Source: Pseudomonadota bacterium (lineage in GTDB: Bacteria; Pseudomonadota; Alphaproteobacteria; G022571365). Taken from it: a stretch of DNA of 64,000 bases. This document shows positions 1-10,684 of this stretch, piece after piece. Location: positions 38,720 through 102,719 of the forward strand of contig JACZXZ010000001.1 of the NCBI GenBank assembly GCA_022571365.1, written 5' to 3'. The position numbers were made by a program, and so were the translations under genes. Under the pieces are notes generated by a model, which was not told the origin of the DNA, ran no database searches, and worked only from the letters and a program-made list of their open reading frames with translations. Every line of letters begins with the position of its first letter. The first letter of the stretch is position 1.

Positions 1-423
1 GCGCTCGCGACCCTGGCGGCCGAGGGCGTCCGTGTCCTGCGCCGATCGCGCTGGTACAGGAGCGCTCCGGTGCCCTCCTCGGAACAGCCGTGGTACGTCA
101 ACGGCGTGGTCCAGGCCTCGACGCGCCTGGGACCGAAACCGTTGCTTGAACTCCTTCACCGCATCGAGCGGGCGTTCGGCCGCGTCCGGACCGAGCCGAA
201 CGCGGCGCGGGTGATCGATTTAGACTTACTGGCCTATGACGACCTGATGACGGATGGCCCGGACGAGCCGCTCCTACCTCACCCGCGCATGCACCAGCGG
301 GCGTTCGTGCTGCTGCCGCTGGCGGAAATCGCGCCTGAGTGGCGCCACCCGGTGACCGGCGAGCCGATCGACCGGCTTATCGCCGCGCTCCCTCCGGATC
401 AAACCGCCACGCTGGTCGAGTGA
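1..423 (+). CDS. folK: 2-amino-4-hydroxy-6-hydroxymethyldihydropteridine diphosphokinase, 5'-partial
   Basis: Frame is open from base 1; motifs QPWYVNGV, ARVIDLDLL, LPHPRMHQRAFVLLPLAEIAP. Confidence 0.95.
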   Translation, partial: ALATLAAEGVRVLRRSRWYRSAPVPSSEQPWYVNGVVQASTRLGPKPLLELLHRIERAFGRVRTEPNAARVIDLDLLAYDDLMTDGPDEPLLPHPRMHQRAFVLLPLAEIAPEWRHPVTGEPIDRLIAALPPDQTATLVE

Positions 424-464
424 CGCCGTGGGTTGGCGCGAAGCGGCCGAAAGGGCGAACCACC

Positions 465-493
465 TTGCGTTTAAGCTTCGGTAAATCTATATA
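465..493 (+). promoter_or_regulatory. putative sigma70 promoter of rpoZ
   Basis: TTGCGT-N17-TATATA in an AT-rich intergenic stretch. Confidence 0.5.
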
Positions 494-548
494 TTGCATT
501 GCGCTCTAAGTACTGGTGCTCAAAGCCTTGTAGGCGGAGAAAACATCC

Positions 549-1082
549 ATGGCACGTGTAACCGTTGAAGACTGTATTACCAAAGTTCCCAATCGCTTTG
601 ACCTCGTCTTGGTCGCGGCCAAGCGGGCACGCGACATCGCGGCCGGACTGCCGCTGACCGTTGAACGCGACAATGACAAGAATCCGGTGGTCGCGCTCAG
701 GGAAATCGCCGAGGGAACCGTTGATCCGGATGACCTTAAGGAAGCCCTCGTGAAGAGTTTGCGCAAGTACGTCGAGATCGACGAGCCCGAGGAGGACGTA
801 TTGGAGTTGCTGGTCACCGGGGAGGAGCTGACCACGGCCGGCGGCAAGGCCAAAGAGGACGTGTTGTCCATTTACCAGGAGGAGACAGAGACGGCGCCCG
901 GCGGAGAGGGGGAAGAGCAAACCCACGCCGACGGAGAGAAGACGGCTGACTCGGCCGACCCGGCCGACCCGGCTGACTCGGCTGACGACGCAGGCGCGCG
1001 CGCGGGCGCCAAGGAAGGCGGAGAGGAGACGGCTGACCCGGCCGACGACGCAGGGGCGCGCGCGGGCTCCGAGAAAGAGTGA
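549..1082 (+). CDS. rpoZ: RNA polymerase omega subunit with repetitive acidic C-terminal tail
   Basis: [37 protein letters not shown]; upstream of spoT. Confidence 0.97.
   Translation: MARVTVEDCITKVPNRFDLVLVAAKRARDIAAGLPLTVERDNDKNPVVALREIAEGTVDPDDLKEALVKSLRKYVEIDEPEEDVLELLVTGEELTTAGGKAKEDVLSIYQEETETAPGGEGEEQTHADGEKTADSADPADPADSADDAGARAGAKEGGEETADPADDAGARAGSEKE
932..1079 (+). repeat. intragenic duplication plus 9-bp tandem repeats in the rpoZ tail
   Basis: TAD(S/P)..ADDAGARAG encoded twice; ADS/ADP units repeated in the first copy. Confidence 0.85.
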
Positions 1083-1188
1083 GTCAGGGGTGACGCATGG
1101 CTGGAAAGGACCTGCCGTGTCGCCGCCACAGGTTTTTCGCATCTGATCCAGTTTCGGGCCGGGGCGGGCATGGGCCTGCCGTGGTGCC

Positions 1189-3330
1189 ATGATCCGTCAA
1201 TTCGAGCTTGTCGAGCGGGTGAAGGCGTACGACCCCGCCGCTGACGAAGACGCCCTCAACCGGGCCTATGTCTTTTCCATGAAGGCGCACGGCCTGCAGA
1301 AGCGGGCCTCGGGCGACCCCTATTTCTCCCATCCCCTGGAAGTCGCCGGCATCCTGACCGAGTACCGGCTTGACAGCGCCTCGATCGTGACGGCGCTTCT
1401 CCATGACACCGTGGAAGACACGCTCGCCACGCGCGAGCAAATCGAGTCGCTGTTCGGCAAGGAGATCGGGCGCCTCGTCGACGGCGTGACCAAGCTGTCA
1501 CGCATCGAACTCCAGTCCGACCAAGCCCAGCAGGCGGAGAACTTCCGCAAGCTGGTGCTGGCGATGTCCGAGGATATTCGCGTGCTGCTGGTGAAGCTCG
1601 CCGACCGGCTGCACAACATGCGCACGCTGCGCCATATCGGGGATCCAGAAAAGCGCAAGCACATCGCCCGCGAAACTATGGAGATCTACGCTCCGCTGGC
1701 CGAGCGTGTCGGCATGCACGACATGAAGGACGAGCTCGAGGACCTGGCCTTCGCGGAGTTCAACCCGGATGCCCGCGAATCGATCCTGGCGCGGCTTGGC
1801 TTCCTGCGCGCCCGCGGCGAGGATCTGATCGTCCGTATCATCGACGAGTTGAAGCGGATCCAGTCCAAAGGAGGGCTGAAGGCCGAAGTTTCGGGCCGCG
1901 AAAAGTCGCCCTATTCGGTGTGGCGCAAGATGCAGCGGAACCATGTCGGTTTCGAGCAGCTCTCCGACATCATGGCGTTTCGCGTCGTCGTCGCCACGGT
2001 GGCCGAGTGCTATCAGGCGCTCGGCATCATCCACAGCCACTATCCGATGGTGCCGGGCCGGTTCAAGGACTACATCTCGACACCGAAGCCAAACGGCTAC
2101 TGCTCTATTCACACCGGCGTGATCGGGCCTGAGCGCCATCGCATCGAGATTCAAATTCGTACCACCGAGATGCACGAGATCGCCGACCGCGGCGTCGCCA
2201 CCCACTGGGTCTACAAGCAGGGCAGGGCCAGGACCGAGGGCCCCCAATACCGCTGGTTGCGCGAGCTCCTGGACATCCTGGAGCACGCCGCGGGCCCCGA
2301 GGAATTCCTCGAGCACACCAAGCTCGAAATGTTCCGGGACCAGGTGTTCTGCTTTACCCCGAAGGGCGATCTGATTGTGCTTCCGCAGGCCGCGACCCCG
2401 GTCGATTTCGCCTATGCCATCCATTCCGAGATCGGAGACACCTGCGTCGGCGCCAAGATCAACGGCCGCATTTCGCCGCTTAAGACCATACTCAAGAACG
2501 GCGATCAGGTGGAGATCCTGACGTCCAAAACCGGCACGCCCAATCCGGAATGGGAGCGCTTCGTCGTTACCGGTAAGGCACGCACCCGCGTCCGCCGGTT
2601 CGTCCGCACCCAGCAGCGGGCGCAATATATCGACCTGGGCCGTTCGATCCTCCAGAAACAGTTTGAACGGGGGGGCTACGAGTTTTCCCCGAAGACGCTC
2701 GAAGAAGTGCTTGAGACCTTCCGGTGCAGCTCCGTCGACGACCTCTACGCCGACCTCGGCCAAGGCCTCCACACCGGCGGCGAGGTGATGGGCGCGGTCT
2801 TTCCCGAGACCAAGGCCAAGGGCGGCAAGGTCCTCCCGCCCCGCCGGGCCCGGACCAAGAAAGACAAGGATAAGGAGCACGCGATCCCGATCCGCGGCCT
2901 CATCCCTGGAATGGCAGTGCACTTCGCCGGCTGCTGCCACGCCCTTCCGGGCGATCGCATCGTCGGTATCGTCACCGCCGGCAAGGGTGTCACCGTCCAC
3001 ACCATCGACTGCGAGGCCTTGGAAAGCTTCACGGATACGCCCGAGCGCTGGCTCGACCTGGCGTGGGATGTCGATTCGAACGACCAGGAGGGCCATGTCG
3101 GCCGCATCACCGTCGTCGTCGCCAACGAGCGGGGCAGCCTGGGGAGTCTTTCGACCGTGATCGGCAGGAACGACGGCAATATCACCAATCTGAAGATCAC
3201 CAATCGGTCGACGGACTTTTTCGAGATGACGATCGACATCGAAGTCCAGAACGTGAGGCACCTGACGAATATCATCGCGGCCTTGCGCGCGACCCCAGCC
3301 ATCAACTCGGTGGAACGGGCGCGCGGATGA
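1189..3330 (+). CDS. spoT: bifunctional (p)ppGpp synthetase/hydrolase (RelA/SpoT)
   Basis: HD hydrolase LHDTVED, synthetase GREKSPYS and EIQIRT, TGS and ACT domains. Confidence 0.96.
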   Translation: MIRQFELVERVKAYDPAADEDALNRAYVFSMKAHGLQKRASGDPYFSHPLEVAGILTEYRLDSASIVTALLHDTVEDTLATREQIESLFGKEIGRLVDGVTKLSRIELQSDQAQQAENFRKLVLAMSEDIRVLLVKLADRLHNMRTLRHIGDPEKRKHIARETMEIYAPLAERVGMHDMKDELEDLAFAEFNPDARESILARLGFLRARGEDLIVRIIDELKRIQSKGGLKAEVSGREKSPYSVWRKMQRNHVGFEQLSDIMAFRVVVATVAECYQALGIIHSHYPMVPGRFKDYISTPKPNGYCSIHTGVIGPERHRIEIQIRTTEMHEIADRGVATHWVYKQGRARTEGPQYRWLRELLDILEHAAGPEEFLEHTKLEMFRDQVFCFTPKGDLIVLPQAATPVDFAYAIHSEIGDTCVGAKINGRISPLKTILKNGDQVEILTSKTGTPNPEWERFVVTGKARTRVRRFVRTQQRAQYIDLGRSILQKQFERGGYEFSPKTLEEVLETFRCSSVDDLYADLGQGLHTGGEVMGAVFPETKAKGGKVLPPRRARTKKDKDKEHAIPIRGLIPGMAVHFAGCCHALPGDRIVGIVTAGKGVTVHTIDCEALESFTDTPERWLDLAWDVDSNDQEGHVGRITVVVANERGSLGSLSTVIGRNDGNITNLKITNRSTDFFEMTIDIEVQNVRHLTNIIAALRATPAINSVERARG

Positions 3331-3337
3331 ACCGGTC

Positions 3338-3619
3338 GTGACAGGCCCCCTGGCACGGACCGCCGGGCGGCTGGATGCTGGGTTTGACCCCATCCTTGCC
3401 TTGCCCGAGCAGTTGATCCTGGGGTATCTGTTCCAACCCATCCGGCAGGTGCCGTTGGCGATGATCGCCGGCAGCCTGCCGACTGTCGTCGTGGCCTGGT
3501 TCGTCTTCTATTGGCCGTTCAAGCGCCTGGTCGCCGGGTATCACGCCGAGCGGCGCAGCCGGCTCCGGCGCGAGTCCTTAAGGCTAGCACGCGCGCGCGA
3601 GCAGGAGGTTCGGACATGA
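3338..3619 (+). CDS. short membrane protein resembling the C-terminal half of DUF2062; possibly truncated
   Basis: [28 protein letters not shown] plus basic tail; lies between spoT and pdxJ; stop overlaps the pdxJ ATG. Confidence 0.55.
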   Translation: MTGPLARTAGRLDAGFDPILALPEQLILGYLFQPIRQVPLAMIAGSLPTVVVAWFVFYWPFKRLVAGYHAERRSRLRRESLRLARAREQEVRT

Positions 3620-4377
3620 ACGTGGGACGGCAGCTCCGCCTTGGCGTGAACATCGATCACGTCGCCACCATTCGCAATGCCCGCGGCGGACGCCACCCGG
3701 ACCTCCTGCGGGCGGCGCGGCTCGCCGCCCAGGCGGGGGCCGACGGGATCACCGCGCACTTGCGCGAGGATCGCCGCCACATCTCGGATGAAGACATCCG
3801 GCGTTTGCGATCAGAGATCGACCTGCCCCTCAACATGGAGATGGCGGCGACCGACGAAATGCTCCAGATCGCGCTGCGCGACCCGCCCCATGCGGTTTGC
3901 ATGGTGCCCGAGAAGCGCGAGGAGCGGACCACCGAGGGCGGTCTCGATGTGGTGGCGGGATTCAACCACTTGCGGGACTTTGTGGAGCGGCTCGGGGGGG
4001 CCGGCATCCGGGTCGCGATGTTCGTCGAGCCTGATCCCGCCCAGATCGACGCGGCGAAGGCACTGCGCGCGCCGGTGGTGGAATTGCACACCGGCGCCTA
4101 TTGCACGGCCGAGGGCGCGGCGCGCGAAGCCGAACTCGAGCGCATCGTAGCCGCGGCGGCCCATGCCGAGGCCGTGGATCTGGAATGCCACGCCGGCCAT
4201 GGCCTCGGCTTCGATACGGTGGGCCCGGTGGCGGCGATTGCGGCCATTGTCGAGCTCAATATCGGCCATTTCCTGATCGGCGAGGCGATCTTTGGCGGCT
4301 TGCAATCGGCCGTCAAACGCATGCGCGCTTTCATGGACGAGGCGCGGGCCGAAGCGCTTGGCGAGCGCCGTGCCTGA
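3616..4377 (+). CDS. pdxJ: pyridoxine 5'-phosphate synthase
   Basis: [36 protein letters not shown]; AGGAGG RBS before ATG 3616. Confidence 0.97.
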   Translation: MNVGRQLRLGVNIDHVATIRNARGGRHPDLLRAARLAAQAGADGITAHLREDRRHISDEDIRRLRSEIDLPLNMEMAATDEMLQIALRDPPHAVCMVPEKREERTTEGGLDVVAGFNHLRDFVERLGGAGIRVAMFVEPDPAQIDAAKALRAPVVELHTGAYCTAEGAAREAELERIVAAAAHAEAVDLECHAGHGLGFDTVGPVAAIAAIVELNIGHFLIGEAIFGGLQSAVKRMRAFMDEARAEALGERRA

Positions 4378-4398
4378 GCCGTCGCCGCCCGGCCGTCG

Positions 4399-4806
4399 AT
4401 GATCCTGGGCATCGGCAGCGACCTCGTCGATATCCGGCGTATCGAGCGCACGCTCGAGCGCTTCGGCGACCGGTTCACCACCCGCGTCTTTACCGAGACC
4501 GAGCGCAAGAGGTCGAGCCGCCGCGCCGACCACGCCGCCAGTTACGCCAAGCGGTTCGCCGCCAAGGAGGCGTGCTCGAAGGCCCTCGGCACCGGCTTTC
4601 GCAACGGTGTCTCCTGGCGCGACCTGAGCGTCGTCAACCTGCCTTCCGGCAAGCCGACGATGGCGCTCACCGGCGCCGCCGCCAGGCGGCTGGCCGAGAT
4701 AACACCGTCCGGGATGGTGGCCCAGATCGATCTCACCATGGCCGATGATCACCCGCTCGCCCACGCGATCGTGGTAATCTCCGCGGTTCCCGAAAGGCGG
4801 GAATGA
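4399..4806 (+). CDS. acpS: holo-ACP synthase
   Basis: [31 protein letters not shown]. Confidence 0.97.
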   Translation: MILGIGSDLVDIRRIERTLERFGDRFTTRVFTETERKRSSRRADHAASYAKRFAAKEACSKALGTGFRNGVSWRDLSVVNLPSGKPTMALTGAAARRLAEITPSGMVAQIDLTMADDHPLAHAIVVISAVPERRE

Positions 4807-4905
4807 AGGCGTTGATCGCGCCTTTGAGGGCCAGGCGGGGCTCGATTTATCATCCCATATTCCAGAAGCGTTCTGGTATAAACTTATTCGATTTCAAATA
4901 GATAA

Positions 4906-5697
4906 ATGAAAAAATTCATATTCCGTAAGAACTCCGGCGGCCTTTGGGAGACGGTCAAAACCATCCTCTACGCGGTCCTGATCGCCCTCGTTGTGCGCAC
5001 CGTGGCCTTCGAGCCGTTCAATATCCCTTCGGGTTCGATGAAGCCGACTCTCCTGGTCGGCGACTATGTGTTCGTGTCGAAATACGCCTATGGCTACAGC
5101 CGGCATTCCTTGCCGTTCGGCCCACCGCTGTTCTCCGGGCGGGTGTTCTTCACCGAACCCGAGCGCGGCGACGTCGTCGTCTTCAAGCTGCCGCGGGATA
5201 ATGAAACCGACTACATCAAACGAATCGTCGGCCTGCCGGAAGACCGCATCCAGGTGAGGGGCGGCGTGCTCTACATCAACGGCGAGCCGGTCGAGCGACA
5301 ACCTGTCGGGGATGGCGTTCGGTCCAACGGGACCGGCGGAATGCCCTGGTGCCCGGAAGCCCTGTCGGGCAGCTGGACGAATCGCGTTACCGAGTACCTG
5401 GAGACTCTGCCGGGCGGCAAAACCCATCCCATTATCGAGGTCACGGATTGCGCGATGCTGGACGACACGGGTGTCTACAGGGTGCCCGAGGGGCATTACT
5501 TCGTCATGGGTGACAACCGGGACAATTCCGCCGATAGCCGGGGCGATGGCAGAAAGGGATGGTTTGTCCCCGCCGAAAACCTGGTCGGCCGTGCCGAAAT
5601 CCTGTTTTTCTCCACCGACGGCGGGGCGCGGTGGTGGGAGCTCTGGAAGTGGCCGGGCGCCATTCGCTTCGACCGCATTTTTAAAACGATCGAGTAG
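4906..5697 (+). CDS. lepB: signal peptidase I
   Basis: IPSGSMKPTL (Ser), YIKRIVG (Lys), GDNRDNSADSR. Confidence 0.97.
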   Translation: MKKFIFRKNSGGLWETVKTILYAVLIALVVRTVAFEPFNIPSGSMKPTLLVGDYVFVSKYAYGYSRHSLPFGPPLFSGRVFFTEPERGDVVVFKLPRDNETDYIKRIVGLPEDRIQVRGGVLYINGEPVERQPVGDGVRSNGTGGMPWCPEALSGSWTNRVTEYLETLPGGKTHPIIEVTDCAMLDDTGVYRVPEGHYFVMGDNRDNSADSRGDGRKGWFVPAENLVGRAEILFFSTDGGARWWELWKWPGAIRFDRIFKTIE

Positions 5698-6389
5698 TGA
5701 GGCCGAGGCCGCGCAGGCACCGCGAGCTGGAACAGGCGCTGGGCCATCGCTTCGCCCGCCCGGCGTTGCTGGAGGAGGCGTTGACCCATGCGAGCGCCGC
5801 CTCTGGCGGGGTCGCCTATGAGCGTCTGGAGTTCCTGGGCGACCGGGTGCTTGCCCTGGTGATGGCCGATCTTTTGCTCAGGCGTTTTCCCGAGGAGCCG
5901 GAAGGAGATCTGGCCCTCCGTCATGCCGCGCTCGTGCGCCGCGAGGCCGTTCTCAGCGTGGCCGAGGCCGTTGACCTCGGTCGCCATCTCATCCTATCGA
6001 AGGGCGAGAGCGAGGCCGGCGGGCGCTTGAACCCGACGATCCTCGGCGACGCCTGCGAGGCGGTGATCGCGGCGCTTTATCTGGATGGCGGATTCGCCGC
6101 CGCCCAACGGTTCGTCGAGGACCGGTGGACGCCGCTCGTCGCCATGGATGTCGAGCCGCCTCAGGACGCCAAGACGGCGCTCCAGGAATGGGCCCAAGGC
6201 CGGGGCAAGCCCCTGCCGACCTACGAGACCCTGAGCGTCGCGGGGCCGCCCCACGAGCCGACCTTTGTGATCGAGGTCCGGGTCGAGGGCCTGGAGCCGG
6301 CGACCGCCAGCGGATCCTCGAAGCGTGCGGCGGAGCAGGTCGCGGCCGCCGCGCTCTTGGAACGGGTGGCCGCCACCGACGATGCCTGA
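5697..6389 (+). CDS. rnc: ribonuclease III
   Basis: ERLEFLGDRVL signature and C-terminal dsRBD. Confidence 0.97.
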   Translation: MRPRPRRHRELEQALGHRFARPALLEEALTHASAASGGVAYERLEFLGDRVLALVMADLLLRRFPEEPEGDLALRHAALVRREAVLSVAEAVDLGRHLILSKGESEAGGRLNPTILGDACEAVIAALYLDGGFAAAQRFVEDRWTPLVAMDVEPPQDAKTALQEWAQGRGKPLPTYETLSVAGPPHEPTFVIEVRVEGLEPATASGSSKRAAEQVAAAALLERVAATDDA

Positions 6390-7302
6390 GGCGGGCGAGA
6401 CAAGCCGCTGCGGCTTCGTGGCGCTCGTGGGCGCGCCCAATGTCGGCAAGTCGACCCTCATGAACAACCTGGTCGGCGCCAAGGTGTCGATCGTCACGCC
6501 CAAGGTGCAGACCACCCGCACCCGCGTGCTGGGCATCTGCATCCGCGGCGCCTCGCAGCTCGTCTTCGTCGACACGCCCGGCATCTTCATGCCCAAACGG
6601 CGGCTCGAGCGGGCCATGGTGAGCGCGGCCTGGCGCGGCGCCGCCGACGCCGACATGGCCGTGGTCCTGGTCGATGCGGCTCAAGGGCGTGAAGGCGCGG
6701 TCGACACCGACACGGGGCGCATCGTCGAGAGACTCAAGCGAGGGGAGCGCAAGGCGATCCTGGCGCTCAACAAGATCGATCTGGTGAAGCGGGAGAGGTT
6801 GCTCGGGCTGGCCGAGGAGCTCGGCCGGACGGGCGTCTTCACCGACACCTTCATGATCTCGGCCTTGACCGGCGACGGGGTCCAGGATCTCTCGGACTTC
6901 CTGGCGGCGAACGTGCCCGAAGGCCCGTGGCTGTTCCCCGAAGACCAGCTTTCGGACATGCCCGAGCGCCTGCTGGCCGCCGAGATCACGCGGGAGAAGC
7001 TGTTCCTCCAGCTTCACCAGGAGCTGCCCTACAGCCTCGCGGTCGAGACCGAGAGCTGGGAGGAGTTCGACGACGGCAGCGTCAAGATCAACCAGATCAT
7101 CTATATCCAGCGCGACAGCCAGAAGGCCATCGTCCTCGGCAAGGGCGGCCGCCAGATCAAGGCCGTGGGCCGGGCGGCGCGCGAGGAGCTCGAGGTCCTC
7201 TTCGGCCGCCGGGTGCATCTGTTCCTCCATGTCAAGGTGCGCCCGGACTGGATCGACGACCCCGAGCGCTACCGCGATCTGGGGCTGGACTACAACGCGT
7301 GA
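6382..7302 (+). CDS. era: GTPase Era
   Basis: GAPNVGKS, DTPG, NKID, KH domain; ATG 6382 overlaps the rnc end. Confidence 0.97.
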   Translation: MPEAGETSRCGFVALVGAPNVGKSTLMNNLVGAKVSIVTPKVQTTRTRVLGICIRGASQLVFVDTPGIFMPKRRLERAMVSAAWRGAADADMAVVLVDAAQGREGAVDTDTGRIVERLKRGERKAILALNKIDLVKRERLLGLAEELGRTGVFTDTFMISALTGDGVQDLSDFLAANVPEGPWLFPEDQLSDMPERLLAAEITREKLFLQLHQELPYSLAVETESWEEFDDGSVKINQIIYIQRDSQKAIVLGKGGRQIKAVGRAAREELEVLFGRRVHLFLHVKVRPDWIDDPERYRDLGLDYNA

Positions 7303-7305
7303 GCC

Positions 7306-8016
7306 ATGGACTGGGCCGACGAGGGGATCGTTTTATCGGCGCGCAAGCACGGCGAGAGCGCGGCCATCGTGACCTTGCTCACCCGCGCGCACGGGCGCCA
7401 TCTGGGGCTGGTCCACGGCGGCGCGGGCCGGCGCGGGCGCGGCGTCTACCAGCCGGGCAACCGGGTGGCCGCCAGGTGGCGGGCGCGGCTCTCCGAGCAT
7501 CTCGGCACCTATGTTTGCGAGCTGGAGCGCAGTGTCGCCGCGGCGTTTCTGGACGACCCGGCCCGCCTTGCGGGCCTGAGCGCGGCCTGTGCCGTGGCCG
7601 AGGCGACGCTGCCGGAGCGCGAGTCCCATCCGGCCGTGTTCGAGGCCATGCTCGCCTTGCTCGAGGCCTTCGAGACGCCGGGCTGGGACCAGGCCTATGT
7701 GCGCTGGGAGCTGGGCTTGTTGCAAGAGCTTGGCTTCGGCCTCGACCTGTCGAAATGCGCGGCCACCGGCGTCAAGGACGCGCTCGTCTACGTCTCGCCC
7801 AGGACCGGCCGGGCGCTGTCGCTGTCGGCGGGCGGGCGCTGGCGCGACCGGCTGTTGCCCCTGCCTGGCTTCCTGATCGGCCAGCCCGGCGCGGGCACGG
7901 TCGCCGACGGGCTGGCGCTCACCGGCTATTTCCTGGAGCGCCACGTCCTCTCCCCTGGGCAGCGGTCGTTGCCCGCCGCGCGGACGCGTCTGGCCGAGCG
8001 CTTCGCCCCCCGCTGA
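7306..8016 (+). CDS. recO: DNA repair protein RecO
   Basis: MDWADEGIVL, LGFGLDLSKCAATG, YVSPRTGRA; follows era. Confidence 0.95.
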   Translation: MDWADEGIVLSARKHGESAAIVTLLTRAHGRHLGLVHGGAGRRGRGVYQPGNRVAARWRARLSEHLGTYVCELERSVAAAFLDDPARLAGLSAACAVAEATLPERESHPAVFEAMLALLEAFETPGWDQAYVRWELGLLQELGFGLDLSKCAATGVKDALVYVSPRTGRALSLSAGGRWRDRLLPLPGFLIGQPGAGTVADGLALTGYFLERHVLSPGQRSLPAARTRLAERFAPR

Positions 8017-8200
8017 CGCGGGGCGAAGAAAGGCGTTGCCGAGCCGTGCGCGACGCCTTCATGGCGGTCGGCCCACGGACCCTCGCCGAGGCGCTCGACC
8101 GGGTGGTTTCAGAACTGGAGGAGGTGGCCGGCATGTCATCCACGGCGGGCTGAAGCAACACAACCGGTTGGGTGGTGCTGGCGACAAGCTACGATATCTG

Positions 8201-8264
8201 GTAGTTAAGGGCCATTGTTAGTAAGGGCCATTGTGACCGAGTAGTTGAGGGCCATCATGACCGA
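8201..8264 (+). repeat. imperfect triple tandem repeat spanning the parC initiation region
   Basis: gtagttaagggccattgt / tagtaagggccattgtgaccga / gtagttgagggccatcatgaccga. Confidence 0.85.
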
Positions 8265-10491
8265 GGCATCCGCCATCGGGGAAATCCGCCCGACGCCGCT
8301 CACCGAGGCGCTCAGCGAGCGCTACCTGACCTACGCCCTCTCGACCATCATGACCCGGTCGCTGCCCGACGTGCGGGACGGCTTGAAGCCGGTGCACCGG
8401 CGCCTGCTCCATGCCATGCGCCAGCTTCGGCTCGACCCCGGTGCCGGCTTCAAGAAATGCGCCCGGGTGGTCGGCGACGTCATCGGCAAGTACCATCCCC
8501 ATGGCGACGCCGCGGTCTACGACGCGCTGGTGCGGCTGGCCCAGGATTTCGCGGTGCGCTATCCGCTGGTCGACGGCCAGGGCAATTTCGGCAACATCGA
8601 CGGGGACAACGCCGCGGCCATGCGCTACACCGAGGCCCGGCTGACCGAGGTTGCCGGGGCTCTGCTCGAGGGCATCGACGAGGACGCGGTCGACTTCCGT
8701 CCGACCTATGACGGGGAGGATGAGGAGCCGATTGTCCTTCCGGCCAACTTCCCGAATCTCCTGGCCAACGGCGTGACCGGAATCGCTGTCGGCATGGCGA
8801 CCAGCATTCCGCCGCACAATGCCGGCGAGATTTGCGACGCCCTCCGCCACCTGATCAAGCACCCCAAGGCCACCGTGGCGAAGCTGGTCGAGTTCATGCC
8901 CGGCCCGGACTTCCCCACCGGCGGCGTGCTGGTCGAGCCGCGCGCCAATATCATCGAGGCCTACCGAGGTGGCCGCGGCAGCTTCCGGCTCCGCGCCCGC
9001 TGGCACACGGAGGACCTGGGCCGCGGCCAGTACCGGATCGTCGTCACCGAGATTCCCTACCAGGTGCACAAGGCGCGACTGGTCGAGAAGATCGCGGAGC
9101 TGCTCGCGGTGCGCAAACTCGCCATGCTCGCCGACGTGCGCGACGAGTCGGCGGCCGAGCTCAGGGTGGTCCTCGAGCCCAAGAGCCGCACCGTCGAGCC
9201 GGCGATGCTGATGGAGTCCCTGTTCCGCCAGACCGAGCTGGAGACTCGGATCAGCCTCAACATGAACGTGCTCGACGCCGGCCAGACGCCCCGGGTGATG
9301 GCCCTTGACGAGGTGTTGCGGGCCTTCCTCGACCATCGCCACGCGGTGCTGGTGCGACGCACGCGCCACCGCCTGGCCAGGATCGAACGCCGGCTCGAGA
9401 TACTGAGCGGGTACATCATCGCCTTTGCCAACCTGGACGAGGTCATCGCCATCATCCGCAAGGAGGATGCGCCGAAAGGGGTGTTGATGAAGCGCTGGGG
9501 GCTCACCGAGGTGCAGGCCGACTCGATCCTCAACATGCGTCTCCGAACCCTGCGGCGACTCGAAGAGGTGGCCATCGGCAAGGAGTTGAAGGAGATCGAG
9601 GTCGAGCGGGCGGCGCTCAAGAAGCTGCTCGCCGACGAGGGAAAACGCTGGCGGGCCGTGGCGGACGAAATCAAGGCCGTCAAGCGGCGCTTCGGCCCGG
9701 ACACGGAGCTCGGCCGCCGCCGCACCGAGCTGGGCGGGCCGCCGCCGGAGGTCGTGATCCCGCTCGAGGCCATGGTCGAGCGCGAACCCGCCACCGTGAT
9801 CTGCTCGGAGAAAGGATGGATTCGGGCCCTCAAGGGCCATCTCGACGAGTCCTCGGATCCGAGCGACAAGGTCAAGTACAAAGAGGGTGACAAGGCCAGG
9901 TTCCTGATCCGCGCCGAGACCACCGACAAGCTGGTGATCTTCGCCACCAACGGCCGCTGCTACACCATCGGCGTGGACAAGCTGCCGCGCGGTCGCGGCC
10001 AGGGCGAGCCACTGCGGCTGATGATCGACCTTCCCAACGACCACGAGGCGGTGGCGATGTTCGTCCACCGGCCCGGCTCCAAGCTGCTGGTTGCCGCCAG
10101 CGACGGCCGTGGCCTGGTCGTCGCCGAGGACGAGATCATCGCCCAGACGCGCAGCGGCAAGCAGGTGTTGAACGTCTCTGGCGACGTCGAGGCCCAGGTC
10201 TGCGTGCCGGCCGAAGGCGACGCCGTGGCGGTCCTCGGAGAGAACCGCAAGCTGTTGATTTTCAAGCTCGCCGAGGTGCCGCGGAGGAGCCGCGGCCGGG
10301 GCGTGATCCTGCAGCGGTACGCCAAAGGAGGGCTCGCCGACGCCAGGGTCTTCACCCTCTCGGAAGGGCTGGCCACGCGCAGTGGCGAGCGGACCCGCAC
10401 CTTCACCGAGCTCGGCCCGTGGATCGGCCGGCGCGCCAACGCCGGACGCCTGCCGCCCTCCGGCTTCCCGAGGTCGAACAGATTCAATTGA
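8257..10491 (+). CDS. parC: DNA topoisomerase IV subunit A
   Basis: [29 protein letters not shown]; about 745 aa, no GyrA box; synteny with recO. Confidence 0.93.
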   Translation: MTEASAIGEIRPTPLTEALSERYLTYALSTIMTRSLPDVRDGLKPVHRRLLHAMRQLRLDPGAGFKKCARVVGDVIGKYHPHGDAAVYDALVRLAQDFAVRYPLVDGQGNFGNIDGDNAAAMRYTEARLTEVAGALLEGIDEDAVDFRPTYDGEDEEPIVLPANFPNLLANGVTGIAVGMATSIPPHNAGEICDALRHLIKHPKATVAKLVEFMPGPDFPTGGVLVEPRANIIEAYRGGRGSFRLRARWHTEDLGRGQYRIVVTEIPYQVHKARLVEKIAELLAVRKLAMLADVRDESAAELRVVLEPKSRTVEPAMLMESLFRQTELETRISLNMNVLDAGQTPRVMALDEVLRAFLDHRHAVLVRRTRHRLARIERRLEILSGYIIAFANLDEVIAIIRKEDAPKGVLMKRWGLTEVQADSILNMRLRTLRRLEEVAIGKELKEIEVERAALKKLLADEGKRWRAVADEIKAVKRRFGPDTELGRRRTELGGPPPEVVIPLEAMVEREPATVICSEKGWIRALKGHLDESSDPSDKVKYKEGDKARFLIRAETTDKLVIFATNGRCYTIGVDKLPRGRGQGEPLRLMIDLPNDHEAVAMFVHRPGSKLLVAASDGRGLVVAEDEIIAQTRSGKQVLNVSGDVEAQVCVPAEGDAVAVLGENRKLLIFKLAEVPRRSRGRGVILQRYAKGGLADARVFTLSEGLATRSGERTRTFTELGPWIGRRANAGRLPPSGFPRSNRFN

Positions 10492-10684
10492 AGCCGGCCT
10501 CCTTCGGCGCCGATATACCTAAGGCCCCCGGCTTCGAGGGCGGCTCGCTTGCTGAGTGGACCATCGCTTCCGGCTGGCTTTCGGCGGCCGCTTTCAGACC
10601 AGCGGCACGGCGGCCATCGCCCGACCCGGACACCCGGCCGCGTCGCCCGGTTTCGCGCTAACGAGGGGGGCCAAGGGAGCACAG

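Noticed and set aside
8061-8153. 30-codon ORF MAVGPRTLAEALDRVVSELEEVAGMSSTAG between recO and parC
   Set aside because: No clear RBS or recognisable family; may be a gene remnant but cannot be supported.
1498-10068. Long antisense ORFs (e.g. 1498-3441, 5989-7230, 8218-10068) and similar ones throughout the window
   Set aside because: They are shadows of high-GC core genes and carry no recognisable motifs.
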